Notes under the pieces: generated by a model | Seen by the model: the letters and a program-made list of their open reading frames with translations, nothing else | Databases searched by the model: none | What the model was told of the DNA's origin: nothing | NCBI GenBank assembly: GCA_964636215.1 | Contig: CAZWRJ010000001.1 | Coordinates: forward strand, 39,928 to 103,927 | Direction of reading: 5' to 3' | Source: an uncultured Candidatus Saccharibacteria bacterium | GTDB lineage: Bacteria > Patescibacteriota > Saccharimonadia > Saccharimonadales > CAZJQT01 | Length of the DNA stretch: 64,000 nucleotides | Shown: one piece after another, positions 37,643 through 46,767 of the stretch | How positions within the stretch are numbered: the stretch's first letter is position 1 | Layout: each line of letters starts with the position of its first letter | Translations under genes and position numbers: made by a program

Positions 37643-38276
37643 AAAAGAACCGCTTTGGCATATTGAAATAGCCGTTTTTTTGGCAGTTGGTTTGCAATTA
37701 TTGCTGTCTGACAGCTTAACCATCGGGCCCAAGAATTTATTGGCCATTCTGGAACTTTCGTTGTTGATTGGATTAAGATTAACCGCTCCGGTAGTTCACG
37801 ACCTAGCCAGTGAAGCCAGACGCCTTGGTGGACTAATGTTGACGGCTTTGGTGGCCTTTACCAATATTTCTTCGCTTGCCTTAGTCTGCAATGCCCTAGT
37901 TAGCGGACAAACTGAATTGACCGGTAGGCAGCTGATTGTGTCAGCGGTATCAATTTTCTTAACTAACATAATATTGTTCGGTTTGTTCTATTGGCAGCTG
38001 GACGGTGGGGGCCCTGGTGGCCGCGGAACTCATCGTCCACCGGTTGATTTTCTTTTTCCGCAAATGAATACACCAGAAAAAGTTACCGAAGAGATCGACT
38101 GGCAACCTACTTTCTTCGATTATTTATATGTGTCTATTACTAACGCAACGGCATTTAGTCCAACAGATGCCTTGCCATTGACCCATCGTGCTAAATTCTT
38201 CATGAGCATCCAAGGCCTGGTGTCCTTAGCTACGGTAGCGATAGTTGCTGCCCGGGCTATTAATATTTTGGTATAA
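37623..38276 (+). CDS. DUF1345-like membrane protein
   Basis: FFDYLYVSITNATAFSPTD resembles the DUF1345 signature. ATG 37623 preferred over the track's TTG 37611. Confidence 0.6.
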   Translation: MTNEPRKKEPLWHIEIAVFLAVGLQLLLSDSLTIGPKNLLAILELSLLIGLRLTAPVVHDLASEARRLGGLMLTALVAFTNISSLALVCNALVSGQTELTGRQLIVSAVSIFLTNIILFGLFYWQLDGGGPGGRGTHRPPVDFLFPQMNTPEKVTEEIDWQPTFFDYLYVSITNATAFSPTDALPLTHRAKFFMSIQGLVSLATVAIVAARAINILV

Positions 38277-38344
38277 CTTCAGTAACAGCTGTCCCCTATA
38301 AATGCTATAGTAAAGCTAATGTTTCTGTCTGAGAGGGTGAACTA

Positions 38345-39322
38345 GTGCTCAAACTCATTAAAAAAACCTTGAAGCGGGCTGACCGGTTTTTGACTAGCCA
38401 ATACCAGAAAATGACTACCAAAGACAAGATCGGTTTAGTGGCGTTAATTTTCATGGGCTTTTTGGTGATGCTGCTTTTACTGCTTCAAAATGATATCGTA
38501 GCAGTCTTGAGTCCAGCTGGAGAAATTGCTCGGCGGCAACGACAACTAATAATTTTGGGCGTTTTACTCAGTCTGATTGTAGTACTTCCGGTGTTTGTGA
38601 TGACCTTTGTGATAGCATGGCGATACCGTGAGACTAACACTAAAGCAAAATATCAACCAGACTGGGATCACAGCCGGACGTTCGAGACAATCTGGTGGAC
38701 GGTACCGCTGATATTGATTTTGATATTGTCGGCCGTCACCTGGCGTAGCTCTCATACCTTAGACCCATTTAAGTCACTAGTATCTTCTAATAAACCTATG
38801 ACCATCCAAGTTGTGGCTCTGGAATGGAAGTGGTTATTTATATATCCGGAGGAAAACATCGCTACGGTAAATTTTTTAGAATTTCCGGTTAATACGCCGA
38901 TTAATTTTCAGATAACTGCTGACGCACCTATGAATTCCTTCTGGATCCCGAGGTTAGGCGGCCAAATATATGCTATGAGCGGGATGTCGACTAGGCTTAA
39001 TCTAATTGCCAACCAAATTGGCGAATTTCAAGGCCATTCAGCTAATATTAGTGGAACTGGATTCGCTAGTATGAACTTCACCGCTAAGGCTACTGGTCGC
39101 AATGATTATGAAGCTTGGTTAGCAGGCGTTAAACAATCTTCTAATTATTTGAGTGATGAGGCTTACTCCACACTGGCCAAGCCTGGTGTTGAGCTGCCGA
39201 CTCAATTTTACTACTCGACAGCTGATAATTTGTATCCCAGAATCGTAAATAAGTTTAGTCAGCCATCGGGCTTCTTATCTGAACCAGATCGGGTATCAAC
39301 CTTTAACCAGGAGACTAACTAG
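38345..39322 (+). CDS. cyoA: cytochrome o (bo3-type) ubiquinol oxidase subunit II
   Basis: 325 aa. Two N-terminal TM helices and a cupredoxin domain lacking obvious CuA Cys/His ligands (quinol-oxidase type). First gene of the cyoABCDE order. Start uncertain (GTG 38345 or ATG 38411). Confidence 0.85.
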   Translation: MLKLIKKTLKRADRFLTSQYQKMTTKDKIGLVALIFMGFLVMLLLLLQNDIVAVLSPAGEIARRQRQLIILGVLLSLIVVLPVFVMTFVIAWRYRETNTKAKYQPDWDHSRTFETIWWTVPLILILILSAVTWRSSHTLDPFKSLVSSNKPMTIQVVALEWKWLFIYPEENIATVNFLEFPVNTPINFQITADAPMNSFWIPRLGGQIYAMSGMSTRLNLIANQIGEFQGHSANISGTGFASMNFTAKATGRNDYEAWLAGVKQSSNYLSDEAYSTLAKPGVELPTQFYYSTADNLYPRIVNKFSQPSGFLSEPDRVSTFNQETN

Positions 39323-41275
39323 ATGCTGGGTAATTTTGACCCCTTTATACTTGGTGCTCAGGTTAGCTTAATTGGTGGATTTTTATTGGTCGCTGGATTA
39401 TTAACCTATTTCAAGAGGTGGCGTTGGCTGTGGCGAGAATGGCTAACATCAGTTGATCCTAAAAAAATTGGCGTCATGTATATAGCAGTGGCCGTGATTA
39501 TGATGTTGCGTGGGATAACAGATGCGCTTATGATGCGCGGTCAACAGGCCTTATCAGCCGGTAGTAATCATGGTTTCTTAGACCCAAGCCACTTCCAGCA
39601 AATCTTCACGGCTCACGGTACTATTATGATCTTCTTCGTTGCCATGGGTCTAATGTTTGGTTTGATTAACCTAGTGGTACCTCTGCAAATTGGATCACGC
39701 GACGTGGCTTTTCCCTTCCTAAATTCAACTAGTTTTTGGCTGTATGCTGCTGGAGCGCTATTAATTAACTTGTCCTTAGTCGTCGGTCACCAGTTTGCAG
39801 CCACAGGTTGGCTGGCTTATCCACCACTGTCCGAACTACAGTACAGCCCGGGAGTTGGCGTTAATTATTGGCTATGGAGTGTTCAGATTGCTGGAGTTGG
39901 TAGTTTATTGTCGGGTATTAATTTTATAGTGACGATACTTAAGATGCGAGTTCGAGGTATGAGTCTTATGAAAATGCCGATGTTCTGCTGGAGCGTTCTG
40001 GGTAGTATGACTTTAGTCATTTTTGCCTTCCCGATATTGACTGCCACTTTAGCGATGCTGTTTTTGGATAGATCATTTGGCATGCACTTCTTTACCAGCA
40101 CTTCTGGCGGAAATCCAATGATGTATATAAATCTCATTTGGGCGTGGGGACATCCGGAGGTTTATATATTGATATTACCGGCATTCGGTGTTTTCTCAGA
40201 AGTGGTGGCAACTTTTTCTAGGAAGAGATTATTTGGCTATACCTCAATGGTCGTAGCTATTTGGGCAATTGTGGCTTTATCTTTTTTGGTCTGGCTGCAC
40301 CACTTTTTCACCATGGGAGCTGGGGCTAATGTTAATGCCTTTTTTGGAATTATGACTATGGTAATAGCTGTACCAACAGGAGTTAAAGTATTTAACTGGT
40401 TATTTACCATGTACCGTGGTCGGATCCATTTTGCCTCTCCAATGCTCTGGTTCCTGGGATTTATTGTGACCTTCACTATTGGTGGAGTAGCTGGTGTTCT
40501 AATGGCTGTTCCAGCCATTGATTTTCAGGTTCATAACAGTTTGTTCTTGGTGGCTCATTTCCATACTATGATCGTCGGTGGAGTAGTTTTTGGTTATTTC
40601 GCCGGTATTACTTATTGGTTTCCTAAGTTTTTTGGTTTTAGGCTTAACGAGAAACTGGGCAAATGTGCTTTTTGGTGTTGGTTTTTTGGTTTTCTTTTGG
40701 CTTTCGTCCCCTTATACATACTTGGTCTGATGGGCGCCACCAGACGTCTTGATCACTATGATGCTTCGATGGGTTGGCAACAACTATTTATAGTAGCTGC
40801 AGTCGGGGTTGGTTTAGTGGCAGTCGGGGTTGGTTTTCAGATATTACAACTTATAGTTAGCCTCATAAAACGTAATGACAACTTAAATAAAACTGGTGAT
40901 CCGTGGAACGGCCGAACGCTGGAATGGTCAACCACTTCACCACCACCGTTTTACAACTTTGCTACTTTGCCAGTAGTTAACGATCGTGATGCCTTTTGGG
41001 CCATGAAACAATCGGGTAGTCCGCCTAAAACTACCGTATTTAAAGATATTACCTTACCGAAAAATACCGCTATGGGAATATACATTGCAGCTTTTGGTTT
41101 CCTGGCCAGCTTTGCACTCGTTTGGAATCTTAAACTTTTAGGCGCTGTCTCGATACTTGGCGTTGTGGTTTGTTTATTGTTACGCATCTCAGATGACGGA
41201 ACCGAGTATGTATTAAGCGCGGACGAGGTGAAACGCCTGGAAAGTCTGAATGCTAGTGGGAGACAACCAACATGA
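39323..41275 (+). CDS. cyoB: cytochrome o ubiquinol oxidase subunit I (heme-copper oxidase)
   Basis: 650 aa. Heme-copper oxidase subunit I signatures (WAWGHPEVYILILP, HHFFTMG, VAHFH). Confidence 0.95.
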   Translation: MLGNFDPFILGAQVSLIGGFLLVAGLLTYFKRWRWLWREWLTSVDPKKIGVMYIAVAVIMMLRGITDALMMRGQQALSAGSNHGFLDPSHFQQIFTAHGTIMIFFVAMGLMFGLINLVVPLQIGSRDVAFPFLNSTSFWLYAAGALLINLSLVVGHQFAATGWLAYPPLSELQYSPGVGVNYWLWSVQIAGVGSLLSGINFIVTILKMRVRGMSLMKMPMFCWSVLGSMTLVIFAFPILTATLAMLFLDRSFGMHFFTSTSGGNPMMYINLIWAWGHPEVYILILPAFGVFSEVVATFSRKRLFGYTSMVVAIWAIVALSFLVWLHHFFTMGAGANVNAFFGIMTMVIAVPTGVKVFNWLFTMYRGRIHFASPMLWFLGFIVTFTIGGVAGVLMAVPAIDFQVHNSLFLVAHFHTMIVGGVVFGYFAGITYWFPKFFGFRLNEKLGKCAFWCWFFGFLLAFVPLYILGLMGATRRLDHYDASMGWQQLFIVAAVGVGLVAVGVGFQILQLIVSLIKRNDNLNKTGDPWNGRTLEWSTTSPPPFYNFATLPVVNDRDAFWAMKQSGSPPKTTVFKDITLPKNTAMGIYIAAFGFLASFALVWNLKLLGAVSILGVVVCLLLRISDDGTEYVLSADEVKRLESLNASGRQPT

Positions 41276-41853
41276 GCAGTCAAGAAACAGTAGTCACCGA
41301 CGAGCGCAGAATCTTTGGCTTTTGGGTCTATCTAATGACCGACTGCGTGTTATTTGCTAGTTTGTTCGCCACCTTCGTAGTACTTAGAAATAGCACTTTT
41401 GGAGGACCAGCCGGACAAAGCCTATTTAGCTTGCCGTTTGTTCTAACTGAGACAATTCTACTATTGACCAGTAGTTTTACTTGTGGACTAGCCATGTTGT
41501 CCATTGGGCGCCGTAATAAAACCCAGGTTCTAGTTTGGTTTACTGTAACTTTCCTGCTTGGACTGGCTTTTCTTACTTTGGAACTTACTGAGTTTCGACA
41601 TTTGGCGCTAGAAGGAAATAGCTGGCAACGTAGTGGGTTCCTGTCAGCCTTCTTCACATTGGTGGGCACGCACGGTCTGCACATTGCCTGTGGACTGATA
41701 TGGATGTTTATGATGTTAGTCAAGACGGCTCGGCAAGGTTTGAGTCGGGGTCAGGTTCGACGTTTGACTATGTTAGGTTTATTCTGGCACTTTTTGGATA
41801 TTATCTGGATTTTCATATTCACCATTGTTTATTTGATGGGGGCGGTTTCATGA
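41272..41853 (+). CDS. cyoC: cytochrome o ubiquinol oxidase subunit III
   Basis: 193 aa, five TM helices. 4-nt overlap with cyoB and ATGA overlap with cyoD. Confidence 0.88.
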   Translation: MSSQETVVTDERRIFGFWVYLMTDCVLFASLFATFVVLRNSTFGGPAGQSLFSLPFVLTETILLLTSSFTCGLAMLSIGRRNKTQVLVWFTVTFLLGLAFLTLELTEFRHLALEGNSWQRSGFLSAFFTLVGTHGLHIACGLIWMFMMLVKTARQGLSRGQVRRLTMLGLFWHFLDIIWIFIFTIVYLMGAVS

Positions 41854-42215
41854 GTAATTTACCGACTACTCCAAAAACCAGCTCTTACATCTTAGGCTTT
41901 GGACTAGCCTTAATATTGACCCTCGTTGCCTACTTACTGGCCGTAGGTGGTCACTTTCACGGTTGGGCAATTACATTCGTGTTAGCAGGACTCGCGCTAT
42001 TACAATTGCTTGTCCAGTTAGTTTTTTTCTTACACATCCGGGAAGAATCTCGGCCACGCTGGAAATTAATAGCCCTGGGGTTTGCAGTCATAGTCGTAGT
42101 TATTTTGGTATTTGGATCACTCTGGATTATGGTAAACCTTAGCTATCATCATGATCACAACTCACCCACGGACGTAAATAATTATCTAATTCAGGATGAA
42201 GGTTTTCAGCCATAA
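41850..42215 (+). CDS. cyoD: cytochrome o ubiquinol oxidase subunit IV
   Basis: Start set at ATG 41850 (MSNLPTTPKTSSYILGF...), overlapping the cyoC TGA. The track start at 41700 lies inside cyoC. Three TM helices, typical size (~121 aa). Confidence 0.8.
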   Translation: MSNLPTTPKTSSYILGFGLALILTLVAYLLAVGGHFHGWAITFVLAGLALLQLLVQLVFFLHIREESRPRWKLIALGFAVIVVVILVFGSLWIMVNLSYHHDHNSPTDVNNYLIQDEGFQP

Positions 42216-43072
42216 ACCACTTTAGAATCTACTACCAGCTAACCAAACCCGGAATAATATACGGTAATAGCCTTAACGCCTTGGCTGGATTTCTGCTCGC
42301 TTCAAAAGGACAGATTGATTTCGGACTTTTGATCACAACCCTAGTTGGAATAGCGTTAATAATGGCCTCAGCTTGTGTTTTCAACAACTATATTGACCGC
42401 GGTATTGACGCCAAAATGGAACGCACCCAGAAACGGGCTCTGGTAAGTGGTCTAGTCCCGACTAAAAATGCCTTAGTCTATGCGTGCCTATTACTTATTT
42501 TGGGGTTTGGGATATTGATATCGGCCACAAATTGGCTGACGGTTTATCTAGGAGTACTAGCTTTTATAACCTACGTGGTGTTTTATGGTTATTCTAAACG
42601 GCATTCTGTGCATGGCACTTTAGTAGGTAGCGTTGCTGGTGCCTTGCCACCGGTAGCCGGTTACACCGCCGTAACTAATCAGCTTGATCTTGCAGCAGTA
42701 ATTATTTTTCTAATTTTAGTTTGCTGGCAAATGGCTCATTTTTACTCCATAGCCATCTATAGACTGAAAGATTACAAAGCCGCTGGGCTACCTGTGATGC
42801 CGGTTGTAAAAGGGGTGAAGACTACAAAATTACAGATTGTTCTATATGTATTTGCCTTCATGATCATTACTGCATCTTTAACAGTCTTTGGTTACACCGG
42901 TTATAGCTACCTACTAGTCATGGTTAGTCTAGGCACGGCTTGGTTTTATAAAGGTTTGGTCGGTTTTAACGCCGAAGATAATACAAAGTGGGCCAAAGGC
43001 ATGTTCGGTTTTTCGCTAATCGTTATACTTGGTCTAGCAATTATGCTTTCGGCCAATTCATTCCTGCCATAA
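42212..43072 (+). CDS. cyoE: protoheme IX farnesyltransferase (heme O synthase)
   Basis: UbiA-family polytopic protein. The conserved N-terminal YYQLTKPGIIYGN motif is encoded at 42230-42268, upstream of the first canonical start (TTG 42281) and in the same frame. The frame opens at 42200. The only candidate starts are ATA 42212 and ATC 42227. Start coordinate tentative. Confidence 0.8.
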   Translation: MNHFRIYYQLTKPGIIYGNSLNALAGFLLASKGQIDFGLLITTLVGIALIMASACVFNNYIDRGIDAKMERTQKRALVSGLVPTKNALVYACLLLILGFGILISATNWLTVYLGVLAFITYVVFYGYSKRHSVHGTLVGSVAGALPPVAGYTAVTNQLDLAAVIIFLILVCWQMAHFYSIAIYRLKDYKAAGLPVMPVVKGVKTTKLQIVLYVFAFMIITASLTVFGYTGYSYLLVMVSLGTAWFYKGLVGFNAEDNTKWAKGMFGFSLIVILGLAIMLSANSFLP

Positions 43073-43087
43073 ACTAAGCGACGTTTA

Positions 43088-44743
43088 CTAAAAATGTTCG
43101 CGGATGTGCTTGACGCTGAATTCCCAATCTGCATCCGTCTTTTTATGAGGGTTGAAAATATTATGAGGATCAAATAATTCCTTGACCCGTCTGAAGTGAC
43201 CCATCATCGACTTAGAGTACATTTGATTTAGCCATGGGCCACGGGTCATGCCGTCGTTATGTTCTCCGCTCAGGGAACCATGGAAACCAAGTACTAACTC
43301 GTTTACTTCGCGCATACAGGGCGTCAACTTAGCTCGTTCTTTGGGGTCTTCTATCTTCATCAAGGGTATAACATGGAAATTGCCATCACCCATGTGACCA
43401 GCCACTGTGGCTAGTAGGTGGTATTTATTTACAATTTTGCGGAGCCTAGGCAGAAACTCAGACAGATGCTCGGGTGGCACGACAAGATCATCAATAAACG
43501 GTGCGGTGTGCTTATCATGAACTTTTTTACGCAGTAAGTTAAAACTTTCCCGACGCATAATCCAGAATTTCTTGGCTTTTTCTTCAGTTTCATCCTCTTC
43601 AAATAAGGCCTCGTGACCAAAAGATTTAAGCAGCCCGTGCATATTATGCACTTTGTCGGCAACCTCACTCGTCGTATCGCCATTAAACTCAATCAATAGA
43701 ACCATTTTGGGAATTCCCCTAAATAATTTGAGGGCTTCGGGAATAAGCTGTAAACCAAGTTTTAAAGTGCCGCCCCACCCAAGGTTCTGATGAAAATAGT
43801 AAAAAAGTTTGAAGCTGAGCATCAAGGTATAGTTGTCAAAACCTTCGAAAGTGGCCGGCTGCTGGGCTAAAACGGTATTAATAAGTTGACCGAGATCGTC
43901 TGTGTGTCTTAGAAAAACGACTAGGGTGCCAGAGTGCTTAGGCATCGGCACTAAGCGAAAGTGAATATCAGTTACTATGCCTAGAGTTCCTTGAGAACCA
44001 ACAAACAACTGAGTCATATCAAATATTCCACTGTCCCTGTCCCAAATATTCCACAAATGATAGGCTGTGGAATCTTTGCTGACTTTTGGTTTTGCGGCTT
44101 TGATTTCAGTATAGTGCTTATCAACAATTTCAAAGACGCTCCTATATAATTGGCCTTCAAAATTCTTTTGAACCATCTTTTTCTTAAGTTCAGTATGGGT
44201 TAGAGGACGAACTACGTACTCTTCGCCATCAGACAGGATGACCTTAAGTTCGGTCACAAATTTTTCTGTTTTGCCAAATTGCAAAGATTTTTCGCCGCCA
44301 GAGTTATTAGCCACCATGCCTCCTACAGTACAAAGTTCTCTGGAGGCAGGGTAGCTCGGCATTAATGCTGAGTGTTTTAGGGTAGCTTTTTCAAAATCAC
44401 GATAAAAAACGCCTGGTTGGACGTTAGCCGCCGAACTTGAAACCGATTTAATTTGATTTAAGTGACGATGCATATCCATGACTATAGACTGCCCAATTGC
44501 TCCCCCCGTCATATCGGTGCCAGCACTTCTTGGGGTAATGGACAGATCGTGATTAGATTGTTTGCGTTCCCTGACATAATTAACCAGACACTTAACATCA
44601 GATACTGATTTAGGCGACACCACCACCTGAGGAACCAGTTCGAACATGCTGGCATCATGGCTGTAAGCGTCTTTGGTCGCAGGGTCGTCTTCGATATCAC
44701 CAGCAAAGCCGGCCGCCCGGAGCGTACCTCTGAATTCGTCCAT
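43088..44743 (-). CDS. FAD-linked oxidase (GlcD/D-lactate dehydrogenase-like)
   Basis: FAD-binding PCMH-type domain (RSAGTDMTGGAIG...) plus a C-terminal FAD-oxidase domain. Start moved to ATG 44743 (MDEFRGTLRAAGF...). The track start at 44866 overlaps the divergent ndh gene. Confidence 0.8.
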   Translation of the reverse strand: MDEFRGTLRAAGFAGDIEDDPATKDAYSHDASMFELVPQVVVSPKSVSDVKCLVNYVRERKQSNHDLSITPRSAGTDMTGGAIGQSIVMDMHRHLNQIKSVSSSAANVQPGVFYRDFEKATLKHSALMPSYPASRELCTVGGMVANNSGGEKSLQFGKTEKFVTELKVILSDGEEYVVRPLTHTELKKKMVQKNFEGQLYRSVFEIVDKHYTEIKAAKPKVSKDSTAYHLWNIWDRDSGIFDMTQLFVGSQGTLGIVTDIHFRLVPMPKHSGTLVVFLRHTDDLGQLINTVLAQQPATFEGFDNYTLMLSFKLFYYFHQNLGWGGTLKLGLQLIPEALKLFRGIPKMVLLIEFNGDTTSEVADKVHNMHGLLKSFGHEALFEEDETEEKAKKFWIMRRESFNLLRKKVHDKHTAPFIDDLVVPPEHLSEFLPRLRKIVNKYHLLATVAGHMGDGNFHVIPLMKIEDPKERAKLTPCMREVNELVLGFHGSLSGEHNDGMTRGPWLNQMYSKSMMGHFRRVKELFDPHNIFNPHKKTDADWEFSVKHIREHF

Positions 44744-44816
44744 AGTGCTTACTGTAACACAAAACTGCTTATGGTATAATAACAGCGTAAAATTAGGCTG
44801 AGCGCAATATAAACAT

Positions 44817-46004
44817 ATGTCAAAACAACGGGTGGTTATTGTCGGTGGTGGTTTTGGTGGCGTCAAAGTAGCTCTAGACTTAGCCAGCGACCGCCGTTTT
44901 CATATAACGCTTATTACTGATCATACTGATTTTCGCTATTATCCGACTATGTATCGCACTGCTACTGGTGGTCGGCGCATGATCTCTAGTATCCCACTGG
45001 AAGAGATCTTCGAAGGTAAATCGGTACAAATTTTGCAAGACAAGACCGTTAAGGTTGACCGCCAGAAACAATTAATAATTACCAAGGTTAATCATGAAAT
45101 TGGTTATGATTCTTTAGTACTGGCGCTTGGCGTACAGACTAATTATTTCAATATTTCCGGACTAAAAAAGTTGTCTTATGGTATTAAAACACCGGATGAT
45201 GCCGAGGCCCTGAAGAACCATTTACATAAACAGCTAATTGATGAAAAGAAGCCTGATCTTAATTATGTGGTAATTGGCGGCGGACCTACTGGTATCGAGT
45301 TGGCGGGTGCCTTACCTTCCTATGTTAGGCACATCATGCATCAACACCAGCTGTCGAATAGAGCCGTTCACGTTGATCTTGTTGAAGCGGCACCACGCCT
45401 AGTCCCCAAGATGCCAAAAGATATGTCTAAATCAATTGCCCGTCGATTAAGGCGCATTGGAGTCAAGCTTTATCTTGACACGGCTGTTCAGGCTCAAACA
45501 GCCGATGCTTTGATGATAGGGGATAAAGCAATTCGTAGTCATACTGTAATCTGGACAGCCGGTGTCACTAATAACCCTTTCTTTGTTAAGAATGACTTTC
45601 AGTTGACACATAGCGGTAAGGTTAGGGTCGACCAGTATTTGCAATGCGATCCAGGTATTTACGTCATCGGCGACAATGCTGATACTCCATACAGTGGGCT
45701 TGCCCAAACCGCCCTCTACGATGCTGGTTTTGTTGCCACTAATTTAGTCAGATTGGCTGACAAAAAAGACTGTAATACGTATAAGGCCAAACGGCCTATA
45801 TATGTCTTGCCAGCTGGACCACATTGGGCGGCTGTGCTTTGGGGACGAGTGCGCATTTACGGAAGACTAGGTTGGCTACTGAGATCGCTGGCTGATCTGG
45901 TGGCTTATCACGACTATGAGCCCTGGAAACTGGCAACTCATCGCTGGGCGGCCGTCGAAGATGATGAAGAGAATTGTCTGATCTGTGCTGAAAGATCAGG
46001 TTAA
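44817..46004 (+). CDS. ndh: type II NADH dehydrogenase (NDH-2)
   Basis: 395 aa. Two dinucleotide folds (VVIVGGGFGG, VVIGGGPTGIELAG) and the GD motif (YVIGDNA). An extended -10 TGgTATAAT lies at 44772-80. Confidence 0.85.
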   Translation: MSKQRVVIVGGGFGGVKVALDLASDRRFHITLITDHTDFRYYPTMYRTATGGRRMISSIPLEEIFEGKSVQILQDKTVKVDRQKQLIITKVNHEIGYDSLVLALGVQTNYFNISGLKKLSYGIKTPDDAEALKNHLHKQLIDEKKPDLNYVVIGGGPTGIELAGALPSYVRHIMHQHQLSNRAVHVDLVEAAPRLVPKMPKDMSKSIARRLRRIGVKLYLDTAVQAQTADALMIGDKAIRSHTVIWTAGVTNNPFFVKNDFQLTHSGKVRVDQYLQCDPGIYVIGDNADTPYSGLAQTALYDAGFVATNLVRLADKKDCNTYKAKRPIYVLPAGPHWAAVLWGRVRIYGRLGWLLRSLADLVAYHDYEPWKLATHRWAAVEDDEENCLICAERSG

Positions 46005-46390
46005 ATAGAAGTTCTTTTGGCTTTGGGCCATATTACACTTGCCACCAGACAACTGGCTGGTAACCAGCCGAATTGACGGCTGTCTGTGCTAGCTTCGGGA
46101 TGATCGCCCAACACAAAAACACGGTTTTTTTCTAGTTTATCAATTCGCTTAATTTTTTCTTTGTTATCATGAAGTAAGATGACTACTTGGCCGACTCTAG
46201 GCTTAAAGAACCATTTCCTAGCAACAACCAAGGTACCGGGTGGTAGAACCGGCAGCATACTATGACCAACTATGCGCCTCACCATAATAGGCATACTCAC
46301 CTTAGGTAATTTAGGTTTTGATATACGTGGGCTACCGTCTGGTGATTTATTTATCTTTTTTGGTTTCCCAGAAGATTTCGGCGATTTCAT
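46001..46390 (-). CDS. sodX: S26-family peptidase, nickel-SOD maturation protease-like
   Basis: GHSMLPVL serine-nucleophile motif and KRI...GD..S.DSR pattern. Immediately downstream of and overlapping sodN. The true start may be the internal ATG 46294. Confidence 0.75.
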   Translation of the reverse strand: MKSPKSSGKPKKINKSPDGSPRISKPKLPKVSMPIMVRRIVGHSMLPVLPPGTLVVARKWFFKPRVGQVVILLHDNKEKIKRIDKLEKNRVFVLGDHPEASTDSRQFGWLPASCLVASVIWPKAKRTSI

Positions 46391-46730
46391 CTATCATCTC
46401 CAACAACTTCTTACCCTCAGCCGGGTCGCTGTGGTGCTTACATTCGCTTGCCTGCTTGGTGGCTTTCCAGAATTTATCATGCAGATCCGGATATTTTTCG
46501 AGGTGTTCAGGCTTAAAATAATCACTCCAAAGAACCCAGAGATGATGTTTTACTAGCTCAGCACGCTCTTCTTTAATAAACAAGGCCCGAGTTTTATTAT
46601 CGGTATCCAGTCCATCATATTTTTCCTGAATTGCCAAAACGCTCTGGGCTTCAATTTTAGCTTGTGCTGGATCATAAACTCCACATGGCAGGTCGCAATG
46701 TGCCAGAACTGGTTTAATAAATCGTTTCAC
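46347..46730 (-). CDS. sodN: nickel-containing superoxide dismutase precursor
   Basis: 127 aa. 10-aa propeptide followed by the Ni-hook HCDLPCGVYDPA. The rest aligns from memory with Streptomyces NiSOD. Confidence 0.92.
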   Translation of the reverse strand: MKRFIKPVLAHCDLPCGVYDPAQAKIEAQSVLAIQEKYDGLDTDNKTRALFIKEERAELVKHHLWVLWSDYFKPEHLEKYPDLHDKFWKATKQASECKHHSDPAEGKKLLEMIDEIAEIFWETKKDK

Positions 46731-46767
46731 TTCCCCTCCTTGCTTGAATACCCCTTAATTGTAGCAG

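Noticed and set aside
41700-41849. Long form of cyoD starting at 41700
   Set aside because: It lies entirely within cyoC in another frame. ATG 41850, overlapping the cyoC stop, gives a normal-size subunit IV.
44744-44866. N-terminal extension of the FAD-linked oxidase (track start 44866)
   Set aside because: It overlaps the divergent ndh start and promoter and encodes a Pro/Cys-rich non-conserved peptide. ATG 44743 gives MDEFRG..., followed by the FAD domain.
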